This document shows, piece by piece, positions 13,361 through 27,000 of a stretch of DNA of 64,000 nucleotides. Source of the DNA: Mustelus asterias (lineage: Eukaryota); contig NW_027591085.1 in assembly GCF_964213995.1 (NCBI RefSeq), positions 1-64,000 of the forward strand, read 5' to 3'. The notes beneath the pieces are model-generated. The model was given only the letters and a program-made list of their open reading frames with translations, had not been told where the DNA came from and did no database searches. The translations under genes and the position numbers were made by a program. Position 1 is the first letter of the stretch. Every line of letters begins with the position of its first letter.

Positions 13361-14649
13361 TGTTGGAAAAATGTCATATTGTTTACAAATCAATGTCACA
13401 ATGATAACCGGCATCCTTCCATTTACAATAGAAGTTAGAAACACAGTAAACACATTCATTTCAGTTTGGTTTCTTTTGCATATGTCAAATTTGTTGATGA
13501 CTGAGGAGGACAACTTTTGAGAGTTTTATTCAACTACAAGTGTTGCCCATGACGCTATCAGTTGTGGTTGTAGATTGTCGTTTTGTGTGTCATGAATGAG
13601 ACCGAGGACTTTTTGGTGGAGAGCCTAGTTCCCCCAAATCTTGCAGTCTCTGCTCTGATGCGAGTGTCGAATGTCTTCTTGCGATTCACGAAAGTATGGT
13701 TATGATACGAATATCTTCCAACACAACCACAACACTGTGCTTCAGATTAATCCCGGTCTTGCAGCAGATGAGTAACAAAATTGTAATCCTATCAAAGGCC
13801 TTTCCCGTGATGCTATGATTGAGATACTGCTGCAGATGTTGCCGTCTCCTCTGTCGGCCTTGTCTTCGGATAGTGTGATGTTTTTGAATCATGAATCTCC
13901 TGTGGAACGGAACCTATCTTCTGGCAGAGAAAGAGAAGGTCATAAAGTTGGTGTTTATTTTCACCAATTGCCATCCATTCACAAAGTTGCACAATTTTGT
14001 TCGCAAGTTATCATCCATTCATAAACATTAATGCATTTAAGTTTTAATTCAAGGGACATGGGTGTTGCTGGCTAAGTCAGCATTTGTTGCCTATACCTAA
14101 TTGCCCTTAGTAAGCTGGTGATGAGCTAACTTCTTGAATTGCTGCAGAACCTGTGGTGTAGGTACCCACACTGTGCTGTTCTAGGATTTCAATCCAGCGA
14201 CAGTGTAGGAAGGACGATATGTTTACAAGTCAGGTATATGACTGATTTGGAGGGGAATTTATAGGTGATATTCCCTGGTAACTGTTACCCCTGTCCTTCC
14301 AGATGGTAACTGTCGTGTGGTTGGAAGTTGCTGCCTAAGGAGTCTTGGTGAGTTTCGGAAGTGAAACTTGTAAATGGTACATAATACTGCTCTCTGTGGT
14401 GGAGGGAGTGAGCATTTTCAAATTCTATGCCAGTCAAGCCGGCTGCTTTGTCCTGAATGGTATGAAGATTCTTGAATGTTGTTTGAGCTCCACTTATTCA
14501 AGCAAGTGGAAAGAACCCTTTTACTCTCCTGACTTATGTCGTGTAGTTGGTGCACAGGTTTGGGGAGTCTGGAGGTGGGTTACTCACAGCAGGCTGACCT
14601 GATATTCCAGCCGGAGCATTTATATACCTCGTTAATGCAGCGATTATAA

Positions 14650-15490
14650 TGCAGCAGATGGAATATAACGTTGACAAGTGTGAGGTTATCCACTTTGGAA
14701 GCAATAATAGTAAAATGGACTATTATTTATATGATGAAAAATTACAACATGCTACTGTGCAGAGAGACCTGTGGGTCCTTGTGCATGAATCGCAAAAACT
14801 CAGTTTGCAGGTGCAGCAGGTGATCAAGAAGGCAAATGGAATGTTGGCCTTTATCGCGAAGGGGATGGAGTATAAAAGCAGGCAGGTCTTGCTGCAATTC
14901 TACAATGTACTGGTGAGGCCGCAACTAGAGTGCTGTGTGCAATTTTGGTCCCCTTATTTGCGGAAGGATATATTGGCCTTGGAGGGAGTACAGAGAAGGT
15001 TCACCAGGTTGATACCGGAGATGAGGGGGTTAGCTTATGAGGAGAGATTGAATAGATTGGGCCTGTACTCATTGGAGTTTAGAAGGCTGAGGAGAGATCG
15101 TATAGAGGCATATAAGATAATGAACGGACTAGACAGGGTAGAGGCAGAGAGATTCTTTCCACTTAGAAAGGAAACAAGAACGAGAGGACACAGCCTCAAA
15201 ATAAGGGGGAGTCAGTTTAGAACAGAGTTGAGGAGGAACTTCTTCTCTCAGAGGGTAGCGAATCTTTGGAATGAATTCTCTGCCCATTGAAGCAGTGGAG
15301 GCTACCTCGTTCAATATGTTTAAGTCACAGGTAGATAGATTTCTGATCAATAAGGGAATTAAGGGTTATGGGGAGCGGGCGGGTAAGTGGAACTTACTAT
15401 CAGATCAGCCATGGTTTTATTGAATGGCGGGGCAGGCTCGTGGGGCTAGGTGGCCTACTCCTGCTCCTACTTCTTATGTTCTTATATTCT
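14650..15490 (+). mobile_element. CR1 LINE 3' fragment
   Basis: ORF 14649..15290 with CR1 RT C-terminal motifs; (TTCTTATG)-type tail. Confidence 0.9.
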
Positions 15491-18400
15491 TGTTAGCCAT
15501 TGGTAACCCTGACGATGTTTATAGTGGGTGATTCAGTATCATAATATCATTGAGTGAAAAGGAGCAATGGGTAGATTCTCCCTTTTTGGCACCAATATTA
15601 CCAATAATCTTCAATACACAAAAATTAATTAATATTTCACCAATTATTGTCAGTATTTTATTTGATGCGAATATAATTGCAGTTTATTTAGTACAATTTA
15701 TTGAGATTCAAATGTATTGAGACAGCATTCGCCTTTCTGTCACGAAAGAATCAAATCTGCCTCAGAATTCAGCGGGAAATTGATTTAAATCAGACCAAAT
15801 AGTAGCAGCTACCCAGCAGCCTCTACGTTTTATTACAAGTAATCACCTCATCATCACACAGAAACTCCTGATAAATAACTGGAATGCGTCACCATTTTAA
15901 AAATGGCTGTATAACTGAAAGTATCTGTATCTTATATGAATTTATAGAAGCTTAAAAATCCCGATTCATTTTTACACAGTTCTGGAAAGTAATTCAAAAC
16001 TTCAAGCTGTCCAGTGAGTTACACAATATTTTCGTTGCCACATTATTTATTTATTAGGCTTCACTAATTTGGGTGATGATCTGTTGAGTGATTGTGTTGC
16101 ACTGGAAAGGCCACATGTTCCAAATATTACAATCCTCCCTCATCAACCTAATCATGTTCCCTCTTTCCATTTTGGATTTGAAGATTTACCACCAACATGG
16201 GGAAAAATGAGACTAATCTTAGTGAGGTTCAATTCATTTGTTCCCGGTATCCCGGGGATGGATTTCACCCAGAAAATCTGGAAGGATTAAAGGTTGCAGA
16301 CTGACACAATTGTAATAAAGGACTAGATTCGATTTTTGAAGTAGTAAAACACAAGTAAGCGAATGTAGAACAACCAATTTCAGGACCAGCTATCGTCGCA
16401 TCCATCAGTCCATTCACTGATTCCTCAATGAAAACATTCAGGTATCCAACTATCGTTCATCCCTGCATCAACACAGGCATTTATTTATTTCTTGTGTCGA
16501 TGGTGGCGTAATATTAATGCCAGTGGAGCAGTAATCCAGAAGCCCAGGCCAGTGATGAGGGAACACGAGATTAAATCCGACCATGGCAGCTGGTGGAATT
16601 TGATTTCAATCAATAAATCTGGATTCATACTTACAGCGACCAGATAAACCTCTCTGATTCCCCAATCAAGGAAATCTGCCATCCCTACTTGGTCTCACCA
16701 GGGTGTGACTACAGACAGGCAGCAGTATGTGTAACTGGGCAATGCCTTCCGAAATGCCCTAGCACACCCCTCAGTTGAAAATAAATTAAGCACAGGAAAC
16801 AAATGTTGGACTTTCCAGAGACTCCCTCGTCCCATGGAAGAATCAAGTGAAATAAAACACAAACATACATGTTTATGCAGTATAAGATATATCACCTCTC
16901 TGAATCAACTCTCACAATCTGCCTGTATTTATTTCTATCCATCGACCACAGTGTTTTGTTGTGTTGGAGAGATCATCATTGTTGCTAACAAGGAGCCAGA
17001 GAAGATGGAAACTTTCTTTTCCAAAGAAATGGGAAACATTCATACAGGTTTACAACATTAAAAATAATCAAGTTGCCTCCAGTACTGTTGCTGGGCAGAT
17101 TTATTTATAAATAGGCCCCATTGACAATGCTGAGAGTTTGAAGTTGGCTTGCAGCCAAGCGCTCAGTACTGAGGAAACAGATCTTTGAGTTTCTGAACAA
17201 ACACCCTCAGATGCTTCCTGTAAATATTTTCGGATATTTGGCAGCAGGTTGGACCGCTGCCAAACACTGCGTGGACAGATTAACGTTAATATGTAAGGAT
17301 AAAATGGGACTTAGCCAGTTATGCAATAAATGTCTGATTCCCACAAGAAAGACACGTTTTAAATGGTATTCATTCCAAGCAAATACTTTTAATGAATGCA
17401 CTGTTGATTATGTGATTAAACAGTATCGGAAACTAGTCAATTGGCTGGGTGCTATTTCATTTGTATGACTTACAAATAAATGTCCTTCCAACAATTAAAG
17501 CCACTTTGTGAGCAACTTCAATGAAGCGCAGGAAAGAGATTTTGATGTCCCCAATCCCTCAGTCCAATGAGATCAGTGTAATGGCCCAAAAATGAAAATA
17601 ATTAAAAGTAAAATAAAGTCATATAATTGCCTTGAACAGCGCGGATTCCTGGAATATTCTCAGTCTTCTGCCCCTCATTAGAAAGGCAACGTCTCTTGTA
17701 CCTGAGTAGTACCATGTTCTAATGTGCAGCATAATTTGATTTTGATTATTTAACAGTGCCTCTCAGAGCTGCCAATCTGTGAAGAAATGTCCAGTTCATA
17801 ACCTGGTTCTGTGGAAGATAAAGCATTTACTCTTGTGATATTGTGCAATATGCTGCAAAGTCCTGATGCCCTGTGCTCCCACTACCAGTGAATGTGAGAC
17901 AGCCGGTGGTCAATAAGATGAGCTACAATGATTTGGATGCTAACGGAGAATTTTCCTGATCGCTGTGTCCGTCCTGATTTATTCAATTCTGTCAAAAGTC
18001 GATTTCAATTTTGTTTCTCTGCCAGATCAATTAATTATAAGCCAACCAGGTTTCGTTCACCGCTAATTGTCACAGGGTTAAGGAGCTGTTGGAGAAATAT
18101 AAAGTGTAATACTGTATCATATGAGGATTTTCTTTTTTGAATTCATTCGTGGGAGGCACAGTGGCATAGTTGTTAGCACTTCTGCCTCCCAGCGCCAGGG
18201 ACCCGGGCTCAATTACCGGTTTGGGTCTGTGTGGAGTCACTGTCTCTGTGGAGCATGCACATTCTCCAATTGTCTGCCTATTTACTCATACGATCCAAGG
18301 ATGTGCTGCTTAGGCTGATTGGCGATGATAAATTGTCCCATAGTGTCAAGGGAATTAGCAGGGAATATACGTGGGGTGATGGGTATAGGGCCTGGGAGAG

Positions 18401-19544
18401 AATGGTGTCGGTGCGGGCCCGATAGGCCAAATGGACTCCTTCTGCTCTGTAGGGATTCTATGGACATGGGTGCCGCTGAATGATCAGCATTTATGGCCCA
18501 CCTCGTTTTCCGAGGGCAGTTGAGAGCCAACCACATTGTTGTGGCTCTGGAATCACATGTAGGCCAGACCAAGTAAGGACAGCAGATTCCCTTCCCTAAA
18601 AGACATTAGTGAACCAGAAAGGTTTTTACACAATCGGCAATGATATCATGGTCATAAGTAGATTCTTGATTCCAGATGTTTTTACTGAATTTAAATTCCA
18701 CCATCTGCCGTGGCGGGACTCGAAGCCAGATCCTGAGACCATTAGTTGAGTTTGTGGATTAATTGTCTAGCGATAAAAACACTAGGCCATTGTATTCCTT
18801 TCTTCTTATATCCAGTCCCAAGTTACAATGATAGTTACCCACACCAGAAATACAATAAATCGATAATAATTCCTTAAATGAATTATATTTTTGATGCAAT
18901 GTGTTAGAGACACAGAATTATTGCAAATCAGATTGACATCTTTACCCTGATAAGTTAATGTCATCTTCTTTATGTCTATTCCCTTGTGGAGGGGTGGATA
19001 AATGAAGGGACTTAATTTACAATGAAATTGGTTTTTTTTCTATAACAGATGCTCAAATGCAATTTCACCTCTTGGACTAGCAGAGACATGACAATGGATC
19101 TCACTGTTGCTGCCTCAGTGTTAGCCTATCTCTGGAATTTCGCAGTGTCAGCAATCAATTCATCGGGAATAATCCTCAGGGTTTTTGATTTATTTGATTT
19201 GATTTGGTTTGGTTTCATTTGATTTATTATTGGCGTGCATATTAGTATACAATGAAAATTATTGTTTCTTGCGCACTACACAGAGAAAGCATACCGTACA
19301 TAGAGATGGAAACGAGCGAGTGCAGAATGTAGTGTTGTAGTCATAGTAAGGGTATAGAGAAAGATCAACTTAATGCGAGGAAGGTCCATTCAAAAGTCTG
19401 ATTGCAGCAGGAAAGAAGCGTTTTTTTTAGTCGGTTTGTACGTGTCCTAATACTTTTGTATCTTGTTCCCGATGTAAAAAGGTGAGAGAGTATGTTTGGG
19501 GTGTGTGGCCTTTCGTTTTCATTGTTTTCTTTATATTTTTACAA

Positions 19545-20070
19545 GTATCGAATCGGAGGTTATGTTCACTCAGCCAGAGGCAGAAACCGGGCGTCCCTGA
19601 GGCTCCCTGAGACTGAGCTGGAAAGCCAACGCGTCGAATATTGGCAGCAACTGGATGGTTCGGGTCCCACAGGTCCCTGGACAACGTTTATAGTGTCTTC
19701 TTCAGGAGGATAGATTTGGAACAAACCTACAATTCCTCCGCCCCAGGGATTCAGAATCAATTTACTCCGCCCAAAGACACTTAAAACAACGTAAAGAGAA
19801 AATGCTGGAAAATCTCAGCAAGTCTGGCATCATCTGTAAGGAGAGAGAAGAGCTGACGTTTCGAGCACAGATGACCCTTTGTCAAAGCTTTTTCAAAGGG
19901 CCATCTGGACTCGAAACGTCAGCTCTTTGCTCTCCTTACAGATATTACCAGGCCTGCTGAGATTTTCCAGCATTTATTCTTTTGGTTTCAATTCCAGAAT
20001 CCGCAGTAATTTGCTTTTATACTTCAAACAACGTCGTCTCTTTGGAAATAACATGAAAATCGAAGATTCC
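19545..20070 (+). pseudogene. IGHV: VH pseudogene, 3'-truncated in FR3, split by a Penelope-like hairpin insertion
   Basis: [27 protein letters not shown]...VPQVPGQRL*...APGIQNQFTPPKDT / SNNVVSLEIT..KIED; acceptor mutated AG>AA; Cys>Trp and Trp>Arg; stops and frameshifts; no YYC or RSS. Confidence 0.92.
19793..20020. mobile_element. Penelope-like inverted-pLTR hairpin (family 2) inserted in psiVH; 14-bp TSD
   Basis: ~95-bp inverted arms centred on AAGCTT (~19885-19890) plus an unpaired ~38-nt tail; TSD ACTT(A/C)AAACAACGT at 19779-19792 and 20021-20034. Confidence 0.82.
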
Positions 20071-21954
20071 CAACTTTCCCCTGTCTGTCCTACATAGACT
20101 CCAGTTCCACTGTGATGAAAATGACTCTTCGCCACCAATGAAATTGCCGAGCAAGCCATCCAGTTGTGTCAAAGCTGCTATGGAAAGTCAAACAATAAAA
20201 TCATCTCGAGGGCAGGTTTCAACTAGGTGGCTCACAATCGCCTTCTCAGTAGGGACAATTACTGTTGGCTTTGTCAGTGATGCTCACATCCAGAGATTCA
20301 ATAAAAGCAGTGCAAAGTTCTGCAGATTTCGGAAATCTAATACTAAAACAACAAAAGTGCTACTCAGCATCTCAATGGGCATCAGCAGAGCCAGAACTAG
20401 AATCACATTTAAGATCGATGCCAGGATGCAAAATCTCTTGATATAATTATGAAGGGCAAGGCTGTTCTGCCCAATATCCTACCCAAATTCTCATTCTTCA
20501 AATAAAATCGCAAATTTACTTGCCATTTGTCACATCTCGGTTTGTTGGAGCAAGTTTACGCAAATTATACTGCTATATTTCCAACATTACAGCAGTGAGT
20601 AAATTCAGCAAAGGTACATCAGTGAGCTTTAAGAACTTTGGGACGACATGAGGTCGGGTAAAGTGTTCTATAAATGCAAGTTCCACCAAAATGTAAGTTG
20701 TAATTCTTTGGAAGCGCTGTGATTAATGCGAATATAGTCACTCTTCTCTCTGATCATAGCAGCATAAAATCATAGAATCCCGACAGTTCAAAAAGAGGCC
20801 ATTCGGTCCAACAAGTCTGCAGTGGTTCTCCAGCAGAGCATCCTACCTGGGCCCAGCCTTCACGCTATCCCGACAACAACACATATTCACATGCTAATAG
20901 CCAGAATCTACACATCATTGGACACTAACAGGAAATTTAGCATAGACAATCCACCTTGGGCCTGGGAAGGATGCTTTGCTGGATAGCTGGTGCAGACTTG
21001 ATGAACCGAATGGTCTCCTTCTGCACTGTAGGGATTCTATGATTCTAAGTTGCACATCATTGGACGCTAAGGGGCAATTTATCATAGCCAATCCACCTAA
21101 CCTGCACATCCTTGGACTGTGGAAGGAAACTGGAGCTCTCGGAGGAAACTCACATGGATATGGGTAGAATGTGAAAACCACACACAGTCACCTGAGGTTG
21201 GAATCGAACCCGCTTCTCTGTCGCTGTGAGGCAGCAAAGCTAATTGTATCTCTCATTGATAACCACACTGGATTTTTTATTCTTCCCTTGTGTGAGTGTG
21301 ATCACTATTTGTGACAGGAATACTTCAGACATCAGATCTGTTTCTTTGTTTTAACTTATCTAGTTTAAACATATTAAATGCTCAATCAAATTAATATCTG
21401 CCTGTTCACAGATGCTTTACTAATTGTGACATCAGAACTTACAGAACTAATTCTGAAATGGAATTTTTCATTTTCTTTTAATTAAATACAACTGGTGTAA
21501 TGAATGTTCAAAACGTTTCTATTCATTTTGAACCAACTGTTAATATTCTTAAAATAAACCTCTATTTTGAGTTGAAACTTATCAATAAGTGACGGTTTAT
21601 CTGGTTTTGCTGTCATGGACATTTCGTTGTAACCAGTGAGGTGTTTATGTAAATAAATACAAAAATAGAAATTCCAAATTAGATTGTTGACTGACAAAAA
21701 CACAACAAATATTTCCCCACGAACACAGCACAGAAATAGAGACAACCATGCAAATCAATCAACGGATCCCAGTAATGGTTGTTTTTCAACATTATTTATT
21801 TATCAGTTATGTGAAGAAAAACATCATGATGATATCTATGTTTAGAATTCGGAAATAATTCCTCTGATCCCGAAATATAATAACACGGCAAATGTGTTCG
21901 TAGAAATTTCATGTGTTTCATCTCTTTCTCTGTCTTTCTCCTTTCTGGTTTTGT

Positions 21955-23243
21955 ATCTCATTAGTGACAGACAGCATGGTTTTGTAAGAGGGAGATCGTG
22001 CCTTACAAATTTGGTGGAGTTTTTTGAGGAAGTGACAAAAACGGTTGATGAAGGAAGGGCCATGGATGTCGTCTGTATGGATTTCAGTAAGGCATTTGAC
22101 AAAGTCCCACATGGCAGGTTGGTTAAGAAGGTTAAGGCCCATGGGATACAAGGGGAAGTGGCTAGATGGGTGGAGAACTGGCTTGGCCATAGGAGACAGA
22201 GGGTAGTGGTCGAAGGGTCGTTTTCCGGCTGGAGGTCTGTGACCAGTGGTGTTCGCAGGGCTCTGTACTGGGACCTCTGCTATTTGTGATATATATAAAT
22301 GATTTGGAAGAAGGTGTAACTGGTGTAATCAGTAAGTTTGCGGATGACACGAAGATGGCTGAAATTGCGGATAGCGAAGAGCATTGTCGGGCAATACAGC
22401 AGGATATAGATAGGCTGGAAAATTGGGCGGAGAGGTGGCAGATGGAGTTTAATCCGGATAAATGCGAAGTGATGCATTTTGGAAGAAATAATGTAGGGAG
22501 GAGTTATACAATAAATGGCAGAGTCATCAGGAGTATAGAAACACAGAGGGACCTAGGTGTGCAAGTCCACAAATCCTTGAAGGTGGCAACACAGGTGGAG
22601 AAGGTGGTGAAGAAGGCATATGGTATGCTTGCCTTTATAGGACGGGGTATAGAGTATAAAAGCTGGAGTCTGATGATGCAGCTGTATAGAACGCTGGTTA
22701 GGCCACATTTGGAGTACTGCGTCCAGTTCTGGTCGCCGCACTACCAGAAGGACGTGGAGGCATTGGAGAGAGTGCAGAGAAGGTTTACCAGGATGTTGCC
22801 TGGTATGGAGGGTCTTAGCTATGAGGAGAGATTGGGTAGACTGGGGTTGTTCTCCTTGGAAAGACGGAGAATGTGAGGAGATCTAATAGAGGTATACAAG
22901 ATTATGAAGGGTATAGATAGGGTGAACAGTGGGAAGCTTTTTCCCAGGTCGGAGGTGACGATCACGAGGGGTCACGGGCTCAAGCTGAGAGGGGCGAAGT
23001 ATAACTCAGACATCAGAGGGACGTTTTTTACACAGAGGGTGGTGGGGGCCTGGAATGCGCTGCCAAGTAGGGTGGTGGAGGCAGGCACGCTGACATCGTT
23101 TAAGACTTACCTGGATAGTCACATGAGCAGCCTGGGAATGGAGGGCTACAAACGATTGGTCTAGTTGGACCAAGGAGCGGCACAGGCTTGGAGGGCCGAA
23201 GGGCCTGTTTCCTGTGCTGTACTGTTCTTTGTTCTTTGTTCTT
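21955..23243 (+). mobile_element. 5'-truncated CR1 LINE (frameshift and stop)
   Basis: ORFs 21894, 22286 and 22904 closely similar to the 8004 element; (TTGTTCT)n tail; absent from the paralogous site near 5775. Confidence 0.93.
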
Positions 23244-23479
23244 TGTCTCTCCACGATGGTTCATCGTCTTCACTCCACAGTTTAAAGTCAGTGTCTGCCC
23301 AATGTATTCTCTCAGCCAGAGTTATAGGCTCCTAAAAGAATGTATTTCAATAAATTGGATCCGTGAGTGAGATTTACTCTAAAAGATCTCTTGAGCATCC
23401 TGTGATCTTGAAATGCTTGAGACATTTTTTTTTGTATCTAACAGAGATGTACCAAGTGATAAGGATTCGATGTGGCAAT

Positions 23480-24010
23480 ATCGAAGGATCTTTCCCTATA
23501 TTTAGCCGGTGCTGTCCCTGTCCTTGGAGTATTTGACTGGACAGTGTCAAGGAATATTTACTCTGCATCTAAACTCACTGTACCTGCCTTTTGAATGTTT
23601 GATATGACTTTGTCAAGGAAGATTTAATCCGTATCTAATTTCTGCTGTACCTGACCTGGGTGTGTTTTATAGAACTGTGTAGACGGTCTTTCCCCTGTAA
23701 CTAACACTAATGTAAACCTGCCTCCCGAATCTCTAATGGAAGAGTGCAGAAGAGGTTTTATCTATAAGAGAGTCCATACTCTTTCTGCCTTCATTTTGTT
23801 TGAGCAGACTTTATAGAGGGAGTTTCATTCTGTTTCCAGACAGTATACTGTTCTGGGAGTGTTTCATTTGGATAGTGTAGAGGGAGATTCACTTGTATCT
23901 AACTCATGCTATTTCTGCCTTGGGAGTGTTTAATTTGGCAATGCAGAGGGAACTTTGCATTCTGCAGCTAACCCGATGTTCCTCCTGTCCTGTAAGATTT
24001 TGATGGGACA
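23480..24010 (+). repeat. Degenerate ~65-bp tandem satellite (GGAGTGTTTGATGGGACAGTGTAGAGGGAGCTTTACTCTGTATCTAAC...CTGTACCTGCCCTG-like); paralog at 5920-6180
   Basis: Recurring unit visible ~8 times here and ~4 times in unit A. Confidence 0.75.
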
Positions 24011-27000
24011 GTCGGCCGTCTCTACAAATTTCATGGGGACTGAAGCAGTCTCTTTATATTACAGTAAATTTCCCCTGTGTCAACTTATATTATGAAGCCA
24101 TGCCTTTGTTTATTTTTCACTAGACCTTAACTCTTTTTATATTGCACGTAGAATTTTATATTGCCTGTCTCTACTCATATTAAACTGGATGTTTTATCTG
24201 TTTATACTAAACTTGAAGCTGACCCTGTTTATATTATACGTCACCATGTTTCTGTTTATATTAAGCGAGACGTTGTCTCTGTTTACATTAATTTAGATCT
24301 GTCTCTGCTTGTATCAAACTAGATGCAATCTTATTTCTGCAATTGATCGTGTCCACGTTTATATTGCATTGGACATAGTCTCAGTTTTTAATCAGTCAAT
24401 GCCAGTAATGATGAAATTGGTTGGGGGAACACAATTCTCTGCATCCTTCTGCATGTGCAAACTTGATGAGGTTTTGGGCACTGGAAAAGAAGAAGAGATA
24501 TCTGAAGTCTACTTCTGCTAACTGCATTGAAAATGGATACCAAGCCCTGTGTAGCATGCACTGTCAACAAAGAACAAAAAAGAAAGAAAATTACAGCACA
24601 GGAAAAGGCCCGTCGGCCCTCCAAGACTGCACCAACCAAATACTGTCGATCCAATACTGCCCGTTTCTGGATCCTGCCTGATAGCAATGTTTTTATCCCA
24701 ATATATTATCTCTTCTTCTCGCAGAACCGTGTAGTAATACAGACATAACTCAAACAGAGACATAGTTAAGTGAAGGAATAACACTGACACAGTCTAGTGA
24801 AATATATACAGGGTCAGTATCAAATATTAAATATCCAGAGAGAGTGTCCAGTGCAATATAAACTGAGTTCTGGTCTAGCAGATAACAGAACCAGACTGTA
24901 TTTTAATATAAACAGGGGCCTGATCCAATAAAATAGAAATGAGTTAGTGCCGACTGCCAAGTGGGGATGGTCAAATATCAAATACTGGTATTTCCAATGA
25001 CACCCACCATCCCATGACAGAAACATTAAAAAAATATTTATGACATTGTCAAGGAAAAGCAAACGGAGACAGTGTTTTAGTGCAGTTTCACTGGATATAG
25101 GAGCTTGAGCGATATGAACTGAGACAGAGCCGAGTAATTAATGATACTGGAGCGAGACTTGTATGAACTGAGATGGAGCCAAGTGCATTAGTAATAACTA
25201 CTGATAGAGGACTGAGACCGGTTTAAATTGAGACAGAGTCCAGTGTGTTAGTGATAATTACTGATACAGTACCTAGAATGATATAAACTGAGACAGAGCC
25301 CATTTTATTCGTGGTAATTGTTGATGCAGGACCTCGACTGATACACACTGTGGTTCGGACAAAGCAGCTATTAGGACGTATTGCGACGTACAATGAAACG
25401 GAGACATGACAGTCTTAAATAATCAAATACATGGACTGGTGAAGCATTAACTTAAGCAAGACCTAAACTATTAAAATCTAATGAACTATTAGTATAATAA
25501 ATGTGACAGTACCATGTGTAATGCATGAAGACAGTATTTCCAGTTTAGTATACAGTGTTAAATGTCCTGAGGCAGTAAGAATTAAGACACGGCCTCTTGT
25601 CAGATTAGAAGAGAACTGGCTAAGTGCAGCCATAACTTAGAAATTATAATATTCACAGGGCCTGTGCCTCGTATATGAACACCTCAAATTGAGCAGAGTG
25701 CAGGAAAAAACTTAGATAGGACCTCATGGAATGTGATCCAGGCAGAGCCGAGTGTAATACAGACAGGGTCAGAGGCGAGTTGAATATAAGCAGGGATGTG
25801 AAATGTTTAAAATTGTTTCATGAGATTTTGGTGTCACTTATGTGAAGTCAACTTTTGTTTCCAAATCCTAATTTCCTTTGAGAATGTGGTGGCAAGCTTT
25901 GGGAAGCTGGTGGGTGGGGTGTTCTTCGAGACAGCTACTTTTTCCATAATGGCATTGAGCTTTTTGAGTGGCACAAGTTAGGCAAGTAGAGAATATTCAA
26001 TCATCTGTGTTGGAACAGACTTGGAGGGCAGAAGGGCCTGTTCATGTGCTGTACTGTTTTTTGTTCTTTGTTCATACTCCTGACTTTTGCCTTGTAGATG
26101 ATGGATAGGGTTTGGGAATTCAGGTGGTGAGATGTTCGCCGCAGAACTCCTGGCATCAGACCTGCTGTTGCAGCCACATGATTTAAATGCCTGTTCCAGT
26201 TCAGATTTTCACGAAGTATAATGTCCAGGATGTTGATAGTGAGGGATTCTGCGCTCGTAATGCTGCTTAGTGTCAAGGGGAGATGGCTGGAATCTCCCTT
26301 GTTGGAGAGGGTCATTGCCTGCCACTTGTGTGGCATTAGTGTTACTTGCCACTCATTAGCCCAAGACTGAATGTTTTCTAAGTCCTGCTTCATATGGACA
26401 CAGACTGTGTCAGTACCTCAGGAGTCGGAATTGGTGCTGAAATTTGTTCAATCATCAGTGAACGTCCCACATATGAACTTTGATGATGGCTGAATCTTGG
26501 GGCTAGGTCACTAACCTGAAGAATTCCTGCAGAGCCCTGTGACTGAGATGATTAACCATTAACAACAACAAGCATCTTCCTTTGTGCTCCAGCCAGTGGA
26601 CTGTTTTCCCCCCTGATTTCCATTAACTGCAGTTTCGCTCGGGTTCCTTGATGCTACAAAAGGTCAAATGCTGTGTCGATGTCAAGGGCACGCACTCTCT
26701 ATTCACCTTTTAATTTAAATTTTTTATCTATATTTGGACTCATTTTCAATCATTTCGGGAATCGAGTGATCCTGGCGGAACAAAAATTGAGCATCTTGGT
26801 GTGCGTGTGTTTTGTGAAATACATCATGTTTATAGAAATTAATTTCAAAATGATCACTTGCATTCTTCCATTTACAGTACATGTTGGACGCACAATAAAC
26901 ACATCCAATTCAGATTGGCTTCCTTTACATATGTTACCTTTTCTGATGATTGAGGAGGACAATTTTTGAAAGGTTAGTTCTGCCACAAGTGCTGCCCATG

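Noticed and set aside
15900-17800. Unique sequence with short ORFs, checked for extra Ig constant, D or J exons
   Set aside because: No Cys/Trp Ig pattern, WGxG motif or complete RSS found by eye
21490-21940. Well-conserved paralogous block (with 5340-5790) giving similar short ORFs
   Set aside because: Frames are not preserved between copies; an NWFKMN..LN-like fragment suggests an old RT remnant, so it is not supportable as a gene
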